A stretch of 64,000 nt of DNA from assembly GCA_934271085.1 (NCBI GenBank), contig CAKQQU010000001.1, positions 9,818 through 73,817 of the forward strand. The letters are read 5' to 3'. The DNA is from an uncultured Bacillota bacterium. GTDB lineage: Bacteria; Bacillota; Dehalobacteriia; UBA4068. Shown one piece after another: positions 19,839 through 30,376 of this stretch. The position numbers were made by a program, and so were the translations under genes. Each line of letters begins with the position of its first letter. Positions within the stretch are counted from its first letter, which is position 1. The notes beneath the pieces were generated by a model that saw nothing but the letters and a program-made list of their open reading frames with translations, ran no database searches and was not told the DNA's origin.

Positions 19839-21236
19839 TTATTTGGCCAGCAGCCAGATGGCCCGGGCATATATTTTGGCCGCATCTATAAAATCTTTCT
19901 TGCTTATATACTCATTGGCCTGATGGCAAAGTTTGGGAGTATGCTCAAATTCCGGACCAAAGGCCAGAAAACCGCTGAGCTCTTTGGCATAGGTGCCGCC
20001 GCCTATTACTTTAGGCTGGGAAAAGTCACCGGTATAGTCGCGGTATGCCTTTAACAGCACTTCCGCTGTAAAGTCGTCTTTCCCGGCATATAGAGGGTCG
20101 GCGCTGTTGATTATGCCAAGCTGCATGTTTTCTTTTTCCGCCAGCCTGGAAACTGCTTCCAGATAATGCTTTTTACTGTGAGTTACGGGGAAGCGCATAT
20201 CACAGGTCAAACAGGCGGTGCCTTCAGAAATATGCAGAACGGAAGGTATCAGGGTCAGGATGCTGGCATCATCCGCTGCTTTAAGCCCCATGCTTTCACC
20301 GTAACTGTCATCTGCCAGCAGTCTGTCCAGCTGTTGCAGATAAGAGGCAGCGCCGTCGGGGGCCAGAGGAAGTTTGGCAAGATAATGGACCAGCATAGCC
20401 AGGGCATTGCGTCCATCCTCCGGCATGGAGGCATGGGCTGCCTTGCCCAGGGCGGTAACGGTAATGATATCGCCATTTTTTTCTATATTGATATTTTCCG
20501 CCGGAGCGGGGATTTCCGCAGTCGGTGCCTGCAGTACCGCCTTGGCAGATCCGGGTACGATATTGGTAACGCTGCCGCTGTCAAAACTCAGCAGATTAAG
20601 GCCTGGGGATAGATTATTATCCCATTTTGCGGATAAGGTGAATTGGCATATGCCCTTTTCTCCCACGATAAGGGGGAATTCAGCATCCGGGGAAAAGCCG
20701 TATTTGGGAGGTTGGTATTTGCTTAAATAGTATTCTATGCAGCGGCAGCCGGATTCCTCATTGCAGCCGTACATAAAGCTGACTGTTTTGTTCAGGGGTA
20801 TGCCTGCTTCCCTCAGGGCTATCCCGGCATAAAGAGCTGCTATCAGCGGCCCCTTATCATCCAGGGCGCCCCGGCCGTAAATGCGGTCTTCTTTTACTGT
20901 CGGTTCAAAAGGCGGGTTATCCCATTCCTCGGCAGCCGCAGGTACCACATCCACATGGGCAAGTACGCCGATATTTTCCTCGGTTGCTCCTTTCATATCG
21001 GCTATACCTACATATCCGTCAATATTGCGGCAATCCAGCCCCAGTTTTTTGCTGATATCCAGCGCTGTGATCAGTGCCTCGTGGACATTTTTGCCAAAAG
21101 GCATGCCTTCTCCGGCCGGAGCATCCTCTACGCTGGGGCAGGCTATCAATGCCAGCAGATCCCTTTCCATTTGGGGATAGCTTGCCTCTATCAGTTCATC
21201 AACTTTGCGGAAATCTATCATTTTATTATCATCCAT
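19839..21236 (-). CDS. M20-family metallopeptidase (PepV/Sapep-like dipeptidase)
   Basis: HVDVVP metal ligand, GALDDKG motif, dimerisation-domain region. 465 aa. Confidence 0.75.
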   Translation of the reverse strand: MDDNKMIDFRKVDELIEASYPQMERDLLALIACPSVEDAPAGEGMPFGKNVHEALITALDISKKLGLDCRNIDGYVGIADMKGATEENIGVLAHVDVVPAAAEEWDNPPFEPTVKEDRIYGRGALDDKGPLIAALYAGIALREAGIPLNKTVSFMYGCNEESGCRCIEYYLSKYQPPKYGFSPDAEFPLIVGEKGICQFTLSAKWDNNLSPGLNLLSFDSGSVTNIVPGSAKAVLQAPTAEIPAPAENINIEKNGDIITVTALGKAAHASMPEDGRNALAMLVHYLAKLPLAPDGAASYLQQLDRLLADDSYGESMGLKAADDASILTLIPSVLHISEGTACLTCDMRFPVTHSKKHYLEAVSRLAEKENMQLGIINSADPLYAGKDDFTAEVLLKAYRDYTGDFSQPKVIGGGTYAKELSGFLAFGPEFEHTPKLCHQANEYISKKDFIDAAKIYARAIWLLAK

Positions 21237-21457
21237 GTAAAGTTTCCTCGAAGAAATATATATTTACACTAATCTTATTTTATTCTAGGAAAGTCCTGTT
21301 CTTCCTTTTTTTATTCCTATATAGGCAATTTATCCGGCAGCTTTTAGCAGGGTAGCTGATAATGGCGGAAAAGAGGATTTTTATAATGGCGGGCGAAAAC
21401 AATAATACTTTTATTATTGGGTATTTATTGGGTAATAAGCGGAGTGGAGGAGATAAA

Positions 21458-22189
21458 TTGACTGATATTATCAGCGGCAGGAATGCCGTACTTGAGGCTC
21501 TGAAAGCCGGCCTTACTATAAATAAGGTGATGATAGCCGAAAATATAGACGGGAACTTTGCCGGGACGGTAATGCGGCTTTGCCGGGAAAACCATATTCC
21601 CGTACGCAGGCTGCCCAAGGCTAAGCTTAATCAGATAGCCGGACCGGATAACAGAGGTGTTGCCGCCGAGCTGGCCGCTATGGATTATGCTTCCATTCAG
21701 GATATACTGGACTCTGCCGCCTCTGCCGGCGAACCGCCGCTGGTGGTATTGCTGGACGGGATCGAAGACCCGCATAATCTGGGTGCTATTATCCGCAGCG
21801 CTTATTGCCTTGGGGCCCATGGCGTGGTGATAGGTTCCCGCAGGGCTGCTCAGGTAAATGAAACAGTTATGAAAACTTCTGCCGGCGCCGCGGCTTTGCT
21901 GCCTGTGGCCAGGGTAAATAATCTTAATCAGGCGCTGGATGAGCTGAAAAACAAAGGATGCTGGGCAGCTGCCATTGATATGGACGGGGAATCCCTGTGG
22001 AAAAGCGATCTTAGCGGAGGTCTGGTGCTGGTAATGGGCAGCGAGGGCGCGGGTATATCGCCGCTGCTTAAGCGTAATTGCGATATGGTAATCAGTATAC
22101 CTATGCAGCGGAAGGAAATAGGCAGCCTGAATGTAAGCAATGCCGCGGCTTTGCTCTTATGTGAGGCTGCCCGTCAAAAAATGCGCTGA
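21458..22189 (+). CDS. rlmB: 23S rRNA (guanosine-2'-O)-methyltransferase RlmB (SpoU/TrmH family)
   Basis: GRNAVLEAL N-terminal motif and a SPOUT C-terminal domain (LVMGSEGAGIS, IPMQRKEIGSLNVSNAAALLL). Start taken as the TTG at 21458 after GGAGGAG; the ORF-track ATG at 21362 gives an atypical N-terminal extension. Confidence 0.8.
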   Translation: MTDIISGRNAVLEALKAGLTINKVMIAENIDGNFAGTVMRLCRENHIPVRRLPKAKLNQIAGPDNRGVAAELAAMDYASIQDILDSAASAGEPPLVVLLDGIEDPHNLGAIIRSAYCLGAHGVVIGSRRAAQVNETVMKTSAGAAALLPVARVNNLNQALDELKNKGCWAAAIDMDGESLWKSDLSGGLVLVMGSEGAGISPLLKRNCDMVISIPMQRKEIGSLNVSNAAALLLCEAARQKMR

Positions 22190-22346
22190 GCAGCCAAAGT
22201 TTCGATCAGCGTCAAACATCTTTGGTTTAACCGGGATAGTAAAATTATTGTATATGTTCATATAAAATAAAACCTTGCTATTTACTGCACTTGAGTAGTA
22301 TAATAACAAATAATATTCTTAAGCTTATATGCAAGGAGGCAACATT

Positions 22347-23411
22347 ATGGATATCAAAATCACCAGGACAACCGCGCCGAAAACAAAACCAAATGGTGAG
22401 GATCTGACCTTTGGCTCTGTTTTTACCGACCATATGTTCCTAATGGACTATACTGAGGGCGAAGGATGGCATGATGCCCGTATAGTGCCCTTTGCCGATA
22501 TTGCTTTGCATCCGGCGGCAGTAGTGCTGCATTACGGAGTAGAAATTTTTGAAGGAATGAAAGCCTACAATGCTCCTGACGGCCGCCTGCTGCTGTTCCG
22601 TCCTGATGCCAATGGACGCCGCATGAATAATTCCGGAGCGCGTCTGTTAATACCCGAGATTCCTGTGGATGATTTTGTGGAGGCTGTTAAAGCTCTGGTA
22701 TCAATTGACAGAGATTGGGTACCCCGCCGTCAGGATCAGAGCCTGTATATCCGCCCCTTTACCTTTGCCACCCAGCCTCATCTGGGCGTATCCCGCTCCA
22801 ATACCTATACTTTCTGCATTATCCTTTCACCGGTGGGCGCTTATTATCCCGAGGGTCTGGATCCGGTCAAGATCTATATCGAGGACGATTATGCCCGTTC
22901 CGTCAAGGGCGGTACCGGTTATATCAAATGCGGCGGCAATTATGCCGGCAGCCTGGCAGCTCAGTATAAAGCCAAACAGTTTGGTTATTCTCAGGTACTG
23001 TGGCTGGACGGAGCCGAAAAGAAATATATCGATGAAGTGGGTACGATGAATGTTATGTTCGTTATCGGCGATGAAGTTATCACTCCCGAGCTTTCCGGTA
23101 CCATCCTGCCGGGAATTACCCGCGACAGCATTCTTACTATGCTGCGGGATTGGGGCGTAAAAGCTACCGAGCGCCGCATTACCCTGGATGAGCTGCAAAA
23201 AGCCGCCAAGGATGGCACCCTGCGGGAAGCTTTTGGCGTAGGTACTGCCGCCGTTATTTCGCCTATCGGCGAATTCAATATCCACGGCGTAAAGTATACT
23301 GTGGGCAATGGCGGTATCGGCCTGCTCTCCCAGAAGATATACAATGCTCTCACTGATATACAGTGGGGCCGTACTGAGGATAAATACGGCTGGACTGTGG
23401 AAGTTAAATAG
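22347..23411 (+). CDS. ilvE: branched-chain amino acid aminotransferase
   Basis: Class IV aminotransferase sequence (FTDHMF..., EGMKAY, GGTG.IK). RBS CAAGGAGG. Promoter TTGCTA-N18-TATAAT upstream. Confidence 0.85.
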   Translation: MDIKITRTTAPKTKPNGEDLTFGSVFTDHMFLMDYTEGEGWHDARIVPFADIALHPAAVVLHYGVEIFEGMKAYNAPDGRLLLFRPDANGRRMNNSGARLLIPEIPVDDFVEAVKALVSIDRDWVPRRQDQSLYIRPFTFATQPHLGVSRSNTYTFCIILSPVGAYYPEGLDPVKIYIEDDYARSVKGGTGYIKCGGNYAGSLAAQYKAKQFGYSQVLWLDGAEKKYIDEVGTMNVMFVIGDEVITPELSGTILPGITRDSILTMLRDWGVKATERRITLDELQKAAKDGTLREAFGVGTAAVISPIGEFNIHGVKYTVGNGGIGLLSQKIYNALTDIQWGRTEDKYGWTVEVK

Positions 23412-23425
23412 TTTTTGTTTTAAAG

Positions 23426-23464
23426 CAAGCGCCTTTGCCAATATGCAGAGGCGCTTTTCTTTTC
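23426..23464 (+). terminator. rho-independent terminator after ilvE
   Basis: AAGCGCCTTTGCCAATATGCAGAGGCGCTTTTCTTTT. Confidence 0.75.
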
Positions 23465-23669
23465 CGGCATTTTTCATGCTTGATAAATCGTTTAAGGCAG
23501 AGCCAGGCCAAAAGCTTATTGGTATGGCCTCGCTGCGCTGATGATCATGGTAGCTAACTGTGGATTGCTTTTTAGGGCTGAAGCCATGGCGGCTGCCATG
23601 ATGATTTTACCAGCAATAGCGGCAATAGCTTTTTACTATAGGCAGGGTAATAGCGGCAGCTGTAATAAA

Positions 23670-23710
23670 GGTAAATAAATAAGCACCAGCTTAGCTGGTG
23701 CTTATTTGTG
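23670..23710 (-). terminator. rho-independent terminator after class-V aminotransferase gene
   Basis: AATAAGCACCAGC-TTAG-CTGGTGCTTATT hairpin with flanking T/A runs. Confidence 0.7.
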
Positions 23711-23731
23711 TATGTGCCAAAGCACAGGTTT

Positions 23732-24844
23732 TTATTTGAGTATATCTTTTACAGCGTTCATCAGGGTATCTACATTATAGGGCTGGGCATTGTATCCCAT
23801 AAAGCCTACCCGGATGATCTTGCCTTCAAGAGCGCCCAGTCCTACGCCGATCTCAATATTGTACTCATTGAGCAGGCGGTCATGGAGCATGGTGGGGTCA
23901 ATGCCCTCTGGTAGAGTGATGGCGTTGACCATGGGCATTTGCGCGGAAGGTTCTACCAGCATACCCCAGCCCAGCTCTTCCACAGCGGCTACCAGCTGAT
24001 CGTGGACTGCATAGTGACGGGCAAATACCTTTTCCGGGCCTTCCTCGAAAATATTGTACAGTCCCTGATAAAGGCTGTATATCATATTAATGGGCGCGGT
24101 ATGATGATAAACGCGTTTGGTGCCGCCCCAATAGCCCATCAGCTGGGAAACATCCATATACCAGTCGCCTACCGGTTTTTTGCGTTTGCTCATCATATCC
24201 ATGGCTTTAGGGGAGAAGGTGATGGGAGCCAGGCCGGGAGGGCAGGAAAGGCATTTCTGGGAGCCGGAATAGCATATATCGATACCCCATTGGTCTACCA
24301 TCAGGGGGCAGCCGCCCATGGTGGGAACCGCGTCTACCAGAAAAATGGTATCGGTATCCTTCAGCAGGCCGCCGATCTCCGGCACAGGATTGAGCACGCC
24401 GGTAGAGGTCTCGCCGTAAATCATGCCCACCACTTTGTAATGGCGTTTTTTCAGTTCTGCTTCTACAACCTCGGTGCGTACAGGTTCGCCCCAGGGAAAT
24501 TCCAGCACAGTCAGATCAGCTTCCAGGCGGCGGGCCATTTCAGACATACGTTCGCTGAAAACGCCGTTTTGCAGGATCAGCACCGGATCTCCGGGTTCTA
24601 CGCTGTTGGCAAAAGCTGCCGCCATACCGCCGCTGCCGCTGGTGGAAAGAGGTACGGTCAGTTGGTTATCAGTGTTCATAAGCTGCTGCAAAAATTCCTT
24701 GACCCCATCCATGACCTTAATGAAATAAGGATGCATATGGCCAAGGATAGGTGCAGCCAGGGCGTGATAGGTTGCGGGTGCTATATTGCTGGGGCCTGCG
24801 CCCAACAGTAAGGTGTTCGGTAGTTCGTTCATCAGATTTTTCAT
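23732..24844 (-). CDS. class V pyridoxal-phosphate aminotransferase (alanine-glyoxylate / serine-pyruvate aminotransferase family)
   Basis: AGT-family sequence (SGSQKCL PLP-lysine region). Start probably the ATG at 24844 (MKNLMNELPN...); the track's TTG at 24892 lacks an SD. Confidence 0.7.
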   Translation of the reverse strand: MKNLMNELPNTLLLGAGPSNIAPATYHALAAPILGHMHPYFIKVMDGVKEFLQQLMNTDNQLTVPLSTSGSGGMAAAFANSVEPGDPVLILQNGVFSERMSEMARRLEADLTVLEFPWGEPVRTEVVEAELKKRHYKVVGMIYGETSTGVLNPVPEIGGLLKDTDTIFLVDAVPTMGGCPLMVDQWGIDICYSGSQKCLSCPPGLAPITFSPKAMDMMSKRKKPVGDWYMDVSQLMGYWGGTKRVYHHTAPINMIYSLYQGLYNIFEEGPEKVFARHYAVHDQLVAAVEELGWGMLVEPSAQMPMVNAITLPEGIDPTMLHDRLLNEYNIEIGVGLGALEGKIIRVGFMGYNAQPYNVDTLMNAVKDILK

Positions 24845-24992
24845 AGGTGATTCCTGCCTTTCTAAGGTAATAAGCAATGCTTGCTTTGACAATTTATTTC
24901 GGCGGTAGGCCGCAAAAATTCAGGAAAATTCAAAAAAAATTAAAATTTATTGTATCAGTAATAGCATAAATTGTCAAATATTTTGTATCCGG

Positions 24993-25928
24993 TCAGATAA
25001 TGGAAAGCAAACGCAGTATATACACTATCAAAAACAGGCTGCCCATAGCAAAGGTGTTGGTAAAGGCTATTATCATACCTGAAAGTTTGGCGTCCGCACC
25101 CATCTGATAGGCCATGGGGAAGCAGGATACCGCGGATGGGGAAGCAAAGGCTACCAAGCATAGTATCATATCTATACCCCGGAATCCCAGCAAATAAGCT
25201 ATGGGCAAAAAGACCAGAGGGATAAAAAGGACTTTGATAAGGGAAGCCGTTATGGAGCGGGGGATATTGGCATCCCCGTGTTTGAAGCTGATGGATGCGC
25301 CCAGCGTAAGCAGAGAAAGGGGCAGCGCCATATCTCCCATCATGTTTATGGGGGAGCGCAGCAGATCCGGCAGCTTGAACCCTACAGCAGCCAGTATCAG
25401 GCCCAAAGTTGTGGATATGATGACAGGGTTGGTGATAAGGCTTTTAAGTATATGATGCTCGGCCGTTCCTTTTGTGGCTTCTGCCAGAACCAGTACGCTG
25501 AGGATATTATACAGCGGCCCAACAAAGCAAAGAAGCATGGAAGCCTTAGCCAGAGCAGGCGCGCCGCCCATGGAATCGATCAGGGCAAATCCGATTATCA
25601 GATAATTACTGCGGAACGCCCCCTGAATGAAAGCAGTCCATTCCCGCGGGTCCTTGATGATGCCGGGGGTGATGAGCCGCAGTATCAATACGGTCAACAG
25701 TGTTACCCCTACTACAAATATTATCAGCTTGGGGTCAAAGGTATCATCGATGCTGGCATCTATTATATTGGGAAAGACCATGCAGGGAATGGCCACGGTG
25801 AAGGTGATCTTGGTGCCGATCTTGATAAAATTATCATTAATAATTCCGATATGATTGAGAAAATATCCCAGCGCCATCACCAGAAAAATAGGAAAAACAG
25901 CATTAAAGCTGAATAGGAAAGCGTCCAA
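24993..25928 (-). CDS. AEC (auxin efflux carrier) family transporter
   Basis: 311 aa, 8-10 TM, AEC/malate-permease-like repeats. Confidence 0.7.
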   Translation of the reverse strand: MDAFLFSFNAVFPIFLVMALGYFLNHIGIINDNFIKIGTKITFTVAIPCMVFPNIIDASIDDTFDPKLIIFVVGVTLLTVLILRLITPGIIKDPREWTAFIQGAFRSNYLIIGFALIDSMGGAPALAKASMLLCFVGPLYNILSVLVLAEATKGTAEHHILKSLITNPVIISTTLGLILAAVGFKLPDLLRSPINMMGDMALPLSLLTLGASISFKHGDANIPRSITASLIKVLFIPLVFLPIAYLLGFRGIDMILCLVAFASPSAVSCFPMAYQMGADAKLSGMIIAFTNTFAMGSLFLIVYILRLLSII

Positions 25929-26161
25929 AATATTACCTCCGCAAAACCTGGATATCTATTTTTTATATATTTTAACATTATATTAGTAATGGAACAACAA
26001 AAACAGCCATAAATAATTGCTTTGTAAGGGATTTTCTTTTGGGTTTGGCAATCGCTGCCCTTTATTTTCTGACAGCTGTTTGTTATACTAATGATATATA
26101 TTTCTGCCATCCGATATATCAATATGGTTTTCTGCAAATTGCGGAAGAAAGTGAGTGGTTT

Positions 26162-26809
26162 ATGCCTGAACAGGGAATCGTCATTCTGGGCATTGTTATC
26201 GTGATTATTTTGCTGTTACTGGCCCAATTATATCTTTCCACAAGAAAAGGACGAGCCTGGGGACTGATCCTGCCGGTAATATTTTTGGCGGTGTTTATTT
26301 ATGTTAAGCTGGATATACGGCTTTTCCCTATAGATATTGTCCCTAATCAGGTGGCGGTAAATTATTATTTGACTGTGAGTTTGCTGGGGTTGACCGCATC
26401 TGCGGCTATCTATATAGCCGGACGGGCTTTGCGCCGCAGATATCTTAAGCGCAAGGAGCAGCAGCGGCAAATGCGCCTGATAGCCAAAGAGCAGCGCCAG
26501 ATTGCCGCGGCCTGCGGGGAAAACAGTTTTGATGCTACCAGAAACTGGGAGAAGCAAAAACAGCGTATGGATGAGTACCGGCGCCGTCAGCTTAGTGCAG
26601 GCAGACAGCAGGGAGAGGTTTTGGCAGCCAAAGAGCAGGCCAAAAGAGAATCCAGAACAGTACGCCGTCAAAAACTGGAGTCGGCAAGCGAGCGTATTCG
26701 TCAGCAGCGGCAGAAGCATTATGACGCCCGGCTGAAGCAGGCGCAAAAAGCCGTGGAAGCCAGGCAGGCTGCCGCCAGAGAACAGGCGGAAACAAGGGAT
26801 AAGCATTGA
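26162..26809 (+). CDS. membrane protein with C-terminal Arg/Gln/Lys-rich coiled-coil tail, hypothetical
   Basis: 3 TM helices followed by RRRYLKRKEQQRQMR... The start is uncertain (ATG 26162, or TTG 26039 as in the track). Confidence 0.4.
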   Translation: MPEQGIVILGIVIVIILLLLAQLYLSTRKGRAWGLILPVIFLAVFIYVKLDIRLFPIDIVPNQVAVNYYLTVSLLGLTASAAIYIAGRALRRRYLKRKEQQRQMRLIAKEQRQIAAACGENSFDATRNWEKQKQRMDEYRRRQLSAGRQQGEVLAAKEQAKRESRTVRRQKLESASERIRQQRQKHYDARLKQAQKAVEARQAAAREQAETRDKH

Positions 26810-26885
26810 AATCAGCTTAATTGATATATAAAACCAGGTATGATAAAAGATATTGCAGTGATGATCGCAGATAGCGGGGAAAAAA

Positions 26886-28829
26886 ATGCAGATTGCAGCA
26901 GGCCATGAACTGAGCGTGTCCTTTGTGACACGCCGCCTTTTTGACAACGTAAATTTTCAGATAAACAATAATTCCCATGTGGGGCTGGTGGGAATGAACG
27001 GCTGTGGTAAATCCACCCTTTTTAAAGTTATTTCCGGTCGTTTGCAGCCAGACCAGGGACAGGTGACTTTCAGCAGGGAGACGCGTCTGGCTTATATGGA
27101 GCAGTTTCTGTCTTCCGGGGAGGATGATACCCTTTATCAGGCAGTGCGGCAGGTATTTGCTGATCTGATAAAAATGGATCAGCAGATCAACCAGATAAAC
27201 GACCGGCTGGAAGAAAACCATTCTTCTGCCCTTATTGCAGAGCAGCAAAGCTTGCGGGAGCAGTATGCCGACCGGGGCGGCTATACTTACGAAGCCCGCA
27301 TACGCTCCACTTTATTGGGGCTGGGCTTTGAGGAAAGGGATCTGCTACTGCCGGTAAAGGCTCTTTCCGGCGGTCAGCGTTCCAAAGCGGCCCTGGCCAG
27401 AGTATTGCTGAGCGACGCAAATCTGCTGCTGCTGGACGAGCCCACCAATCATCTGGATATTGCCAGTATAGAATGGCTGGAAAACTTTTTGAGCAATTAC
27501 CGGGGCGCCTTTGTGGTTATTTCTCACGACCGCTATTTTCTTGATAAGGTTACTAATGAGACCTGGGCGTTTGATCATGGATCCCTGCGCTGTTTCAGCG
27601 GCAATTACAGCGCCCATCTGGAAAAAAAGGCTGGCCAGGACGAGGCTGTTCGCCGTCGTTATCAGAACCAGATGCGGGAGATACGGCGGATAGAGGGCAT
27701 AATAGCCCAGCAGAAGAAATTTAATCAGGCCCGTAATTATGTAACCATTGCCAGCAAGCAAAAGCAATTGGACCGTATTAAGGCAGAGCTGGTGGCTCCG
27801 GAAAGCGCCGAGCGCACTTTGGGTTTTAATTTCAATTCGCCGCCTCCCGGCGGTAATGATGTGCTGGAATTGCATCAGCTTTCCAAAAGTTTTGGCGGCA
27901 AACGGCTTTTTGGTAATCTGGATCTTCATGTGCAGCGTGGAGAACGTATTTTTCTGCTTGGCCGCAACGGCTGCGGCAAATCAACGCTGATGAAGATCAT
28001 TGTTGGCCAGGAGCAGGCTGACAGCGGACTGGTGCAGCTGGGGACCAATATAATCCCGGCCTATTACGATCAGATCCATAGCGGGCTTAGCGGCAGTGAA
28101 AGCATACTTGAATATTTTACCGCCAAATATCCCTTGATGACCCAGACGCATATCCGTACCATGCTGGGAAGCTTCCTCTTTTCCGGAGAAAGTGTGGAGA
28201 AAAGTATCAGCGATCTTTCCGGTGGTGAAAAGGCGCGCTTGCAGTTGCTGGAGCTGATAATGCAGCCTGCTAATCTGCTGCTGCTGGATGAGCCCTCCAA
28301 CCATCTGGATATTGACAGCAAGGAGGCTGTGGAGGAAGCTCTGATGGAGTATCCCGGTGCTATGCTGGTGGTATCTCATGACCGTTATTTGATAAACCGG
28401 CTGGCAGACAGAATATATCATATGGATGAGAACGGGCTTTCCGAGAGCATCGGTAATTATGACGACTATCTGGAGCAGCTTAATAAAGGATTCGGTATCA
28501 AAACCAGTTTTTTTGCTCCCGCAGATGTTATGACCGGCGATGACAAACCGGCAGAGGATACATCGGTATCCACAGGGGCTGACGACTACCGCCGCCGCAA
28601 AGAGATACAGGCTGAACAGCGAAGGCTGGCTAAAAAGAAAAGCAGGCTGCAGGAAGAGATAGCCCAAAAAGAGGAGGATCTGGACGGGATAAACGAGCAG
28701 ATAGCAGCCTGCGCTCCCGAAGATTATCTGCTTCTTATGGAATTTGCCGAAGAAAAGGATAAGCTGGAAGAAGAATTGCTGGAGCTTATGGAAAACCTGG
28801 AAGATCTTGGTAATTGCGGGCAAGATTAA
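26886..28829 (+). CDS. ABC-F family ATPase (tandem ABC domains, no TMD; Uup/YdiF-like with C-terminal coiled-coil domain)
   Basis: Two Walker A motifs (GMNGCGKST, GRNGCGKST), two LSGGQ/LSGGE signatures, ~80-aa inter-domain linker, C-terminal charged coiled coil. Confidence 0.85.
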   Translation: MQIAAGHELSVSFVTRRLFDNVNFQINNNSHVGLVGMNGCGKSTLFKVISGRLQPDQGQVTFSRETRLAYMEQFLSSGEDDTLYQAVRQVFADLIKMDQQINQINDRLEENHSSALIAEQQSLREQYADRGGYTYEARIRSTLLGLGFEERDLLLPVKALSGGQRSKAALARVLLSDANLLLLDEPTNHLDIASIEWLENFLSNYRGAFVVISHDRYFLDKVTNETWAFDHGSLRCFSGNYSAHLEKKAGQDEAVRRRYQNQMREIRRIEGIIAQQKKFNQARNYVTIASKQKQLDRIKAELVAPESAERTLGFNFNSPPPGGNDVLELHQLSKSFGGKRLFGNLDLHVQRGERIFLLGRNGCGKSTLMKIIVGQEQADSGLVQLGTNIIPAYYDQIHSGLSGSESILEYFTAKYPLMTQTHIRTMLGSFLFSGESVEKSISDLSGGEKARLQLLELIMQPANLLLLDEPSNHLDIDSKEAVEEALMEYPGAMLVVSHDRYLINRLADRIYHMDENGLSESIGNYDDYLEQLNKGFGIKTSFFAPADVMTGDDKPAEDTSVSTGADDYRRRKEIQAEQRRLAKKKSRLQEEIAQKEEDLDGINEQIAACAPEDYLLLMEFAEEKDKLEEELLELMENLEDLGNCGQD

Positions 28830-28837
28830 AAAAGACC

Positions 28838-28897
28838 TTTACAAATATTTCTCCTTATGATAATATATTGTGGCTGGCATTTATACAGTAATGCCAG
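28838..28897 (+). promoter_or_regulatory. rpmE promoter (TTTACA-N17-TAATAT) followed by a 5'-leader stem-loop (CTGGCATT-N8-AATGCCAG)
   Basis: Hexamers at 28838-28843 and 28861-28866. Hairpin at 28874-28897, directly upstream of the L31 RBS. Confidence 0.5.
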
Positions 28898-28923
28898 GAA
28901 TGTGGATGAAAGAGGTGACCAGA

Positions 28924-29124
28924 GTGAAAAAAGGTATCCATCCTGAATATCATGAGGCAGAAGTTATTTGCGCATGCGGTAACCGTTTTAAGACCGGATC
29001 TACCAAAAAAGAGATTAAAGTCGAAGTTTGCTCCGCTTGCCATCCGTTTTATACCGGCACTAAAAGACTTATGGTCGAGGCCGGCGGTCGCGTAGATAAG
29101 TTCAAAAAGAAATACGGTCTGTAA
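28924..29124 (+). CDS. rpmE: 50S ribosomal protein L31 (zinc-ribbon type A)
   Basis: [20 protein letters not shown]...[13 protein letters not shown] start with RBS AAAGAGGTGA; the track's longer ORF starts upstream without an SD. Confidence 0.85.
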   Translation: MKKGIHPEYHEAEVICACGNRFKTGSTKKEIKVEVCSACHPFYTGTKRLMVEAGGRVDKFKKKYGL

Positions 29125-29140
29125 ACCGACGATTTTCTTA

Positions 29141-29172
29141 AAGAAGCCGCTCAAAGCGGCTTCTTTTCTTTA
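29141..29172 (+). terminator. rho-independent terminator after rpmE
   Basis: AAGAAGCCGCTCAAAGCGGCTTCTTTTCTTT. Confidence 0.8.
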
Positions 29173-29302
29173 TACGGGAAAAGGATATTATATGTTTTTT
29201 TGTAAATTTTTGCGATAATTTACCGCGCTATGGAAAAGTAAAAGAAGCAGTGGTATTATGAAATCAGCAAACATAGCTTGCGTCAAGAAGGAGGATGAAA
29301 AT

Positions 29303-30295
29303 ATGAAACGAAATCTGTTTTTGTTGTTGATCCTTGTCTTATGTATGGCTCTGGTTTTTACCGCTTGCGGCAATGATGAACAGGCCCCGCCGGTAGATGA
29401 TGACGGCGAAGAAGGAGATGAGGTCGTGCCTACCGCCTGGTATGATATGGTAAAAGTGGATTGGGAGGAAAAAACCGTTGACCTGGATACCGGCATAACC
29501 ATGGCCTATATGGTCTGCGGCCCCGAGGACGGCACTCCTATCGTGTTGATACACGGAGCCACCGACAGCCGTATTTCCTGGGCCCAGGTAGCGCCTATCC
29601 TGGCTGAAAAATACCGTGTTTATGTGCCTGAACTGCGCGGTCATGGCAATACTGATAAGCCCGATCCTGCGGAAGGCGCCTACACAGTTGATCAGCATAC
29701 CCAGGACATAGTTGCTTTCCTGAAAGCCGTTGGTCTGGAAAAGGCTAATATAGCCGGTCATTCCCTGGGTTCCTTCATTGCCCAGCAGTTGGCTGTTCAG
29801 GCTCCCGATATGGTCAGCACCATTACCCTGATAGCTTCCGGCGCTGTTACTACCGGGAATGAAACTTTGGGTTGGGTCTATAATGGTGATGGTACTGATT
29901 ATCTGGGCGTACATGGTTATGATGCCGAACAGGCCATGCCCGAAGGCTTCCTCCGCGACTGGACTGCCTGCACCAATGAGGATGCTGATTTTTGCGAGGC
30001 TATTTATCAGCACGCTGCCGCTTTGCCCTATGCTGACTGGGCCTATATCTTTGGCGGTATATTGGAATATGACAGCAGCGCCCAACTGGCAGAGATAACC
30101 TGCCCGGTACAGATCATCTGGGGTACAGAGGATGTTATCTTTTCTGCCGAGGACGAGCAGGCCTTGCAGGATGGTCTGACTTCTGCTGAAACTGTCAAGT
30201 TTGAGCAGATCGAAGGCGCCTCTCACAATACCCATTGGGACAGCAAGGCTATCGCTTCTCAGGTAGCAGGCTTGATCGGTGACTTTGCTAAATAG
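29303..30295 (+). CDS. alpha/beta-hydrolase fold lipoprotein (secreted esterase/lipase-like)
   Basis: Lipobox LVFTAC. GHSLGS nucleophile elbow; HG oxyanion motif (LIHGATDS). RBS GAAGGAGG. Confidence 0.7.
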   Translation: MKRNLFLLLILVLCMALVFTACGNDEQAPPVDDDGEEGDEVVPTAWYDMVKVDWEEKTVDLDTGITMAYMVCGPEDGTPIVLIHGATDSRISWAQVAPILAEKYRVYVPELRGHGNTDKPDPAEGAYTVDQHTQDIVAFLKAVGLEKANIAGHSLGSFIAQQLAVQAPDMVSTITLIASGAVTTGNETLGWVYNGDGTDYLGVHGYDAEQAMPEGFLRDWTACTNEDADFCEAIYQHAAALPYADWAYIFGGILEYDSSAQLAEITCPVQIIWGTEDVIFSAEDEQALQDGLTSAETVKFEQIEGASHNTHWDSKAIASQVAGLIGDFAK

Positions 30296-30342
30296 TTGTT
30301 ATGCTGCAAGCTGGGTTTGCGTAAATTAAATATTAAAAGCAA

Positions 30343-30376
30343 AAATACCCAACGGTTATGCCGTTGGGTATTTTTG
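30343..30376 (+). terminator. rho-independent terminator after hydrolase gene
   Basis: AAAATACCCAACGG-TTAT-GCCGTTGGGTATTTTT. Confidence 0.8.

Noticed and set aside
23586-23678. 30-codon ORF MAAAMMILPAIAAIAFYYRQGNSGSCNKGK between ilvE and the aminotransferase terminators
   Set aside because: Weak RBS (AGGG at 9 nt). Too short to assess. It could be a small membrane peptide but there is no corroboration.
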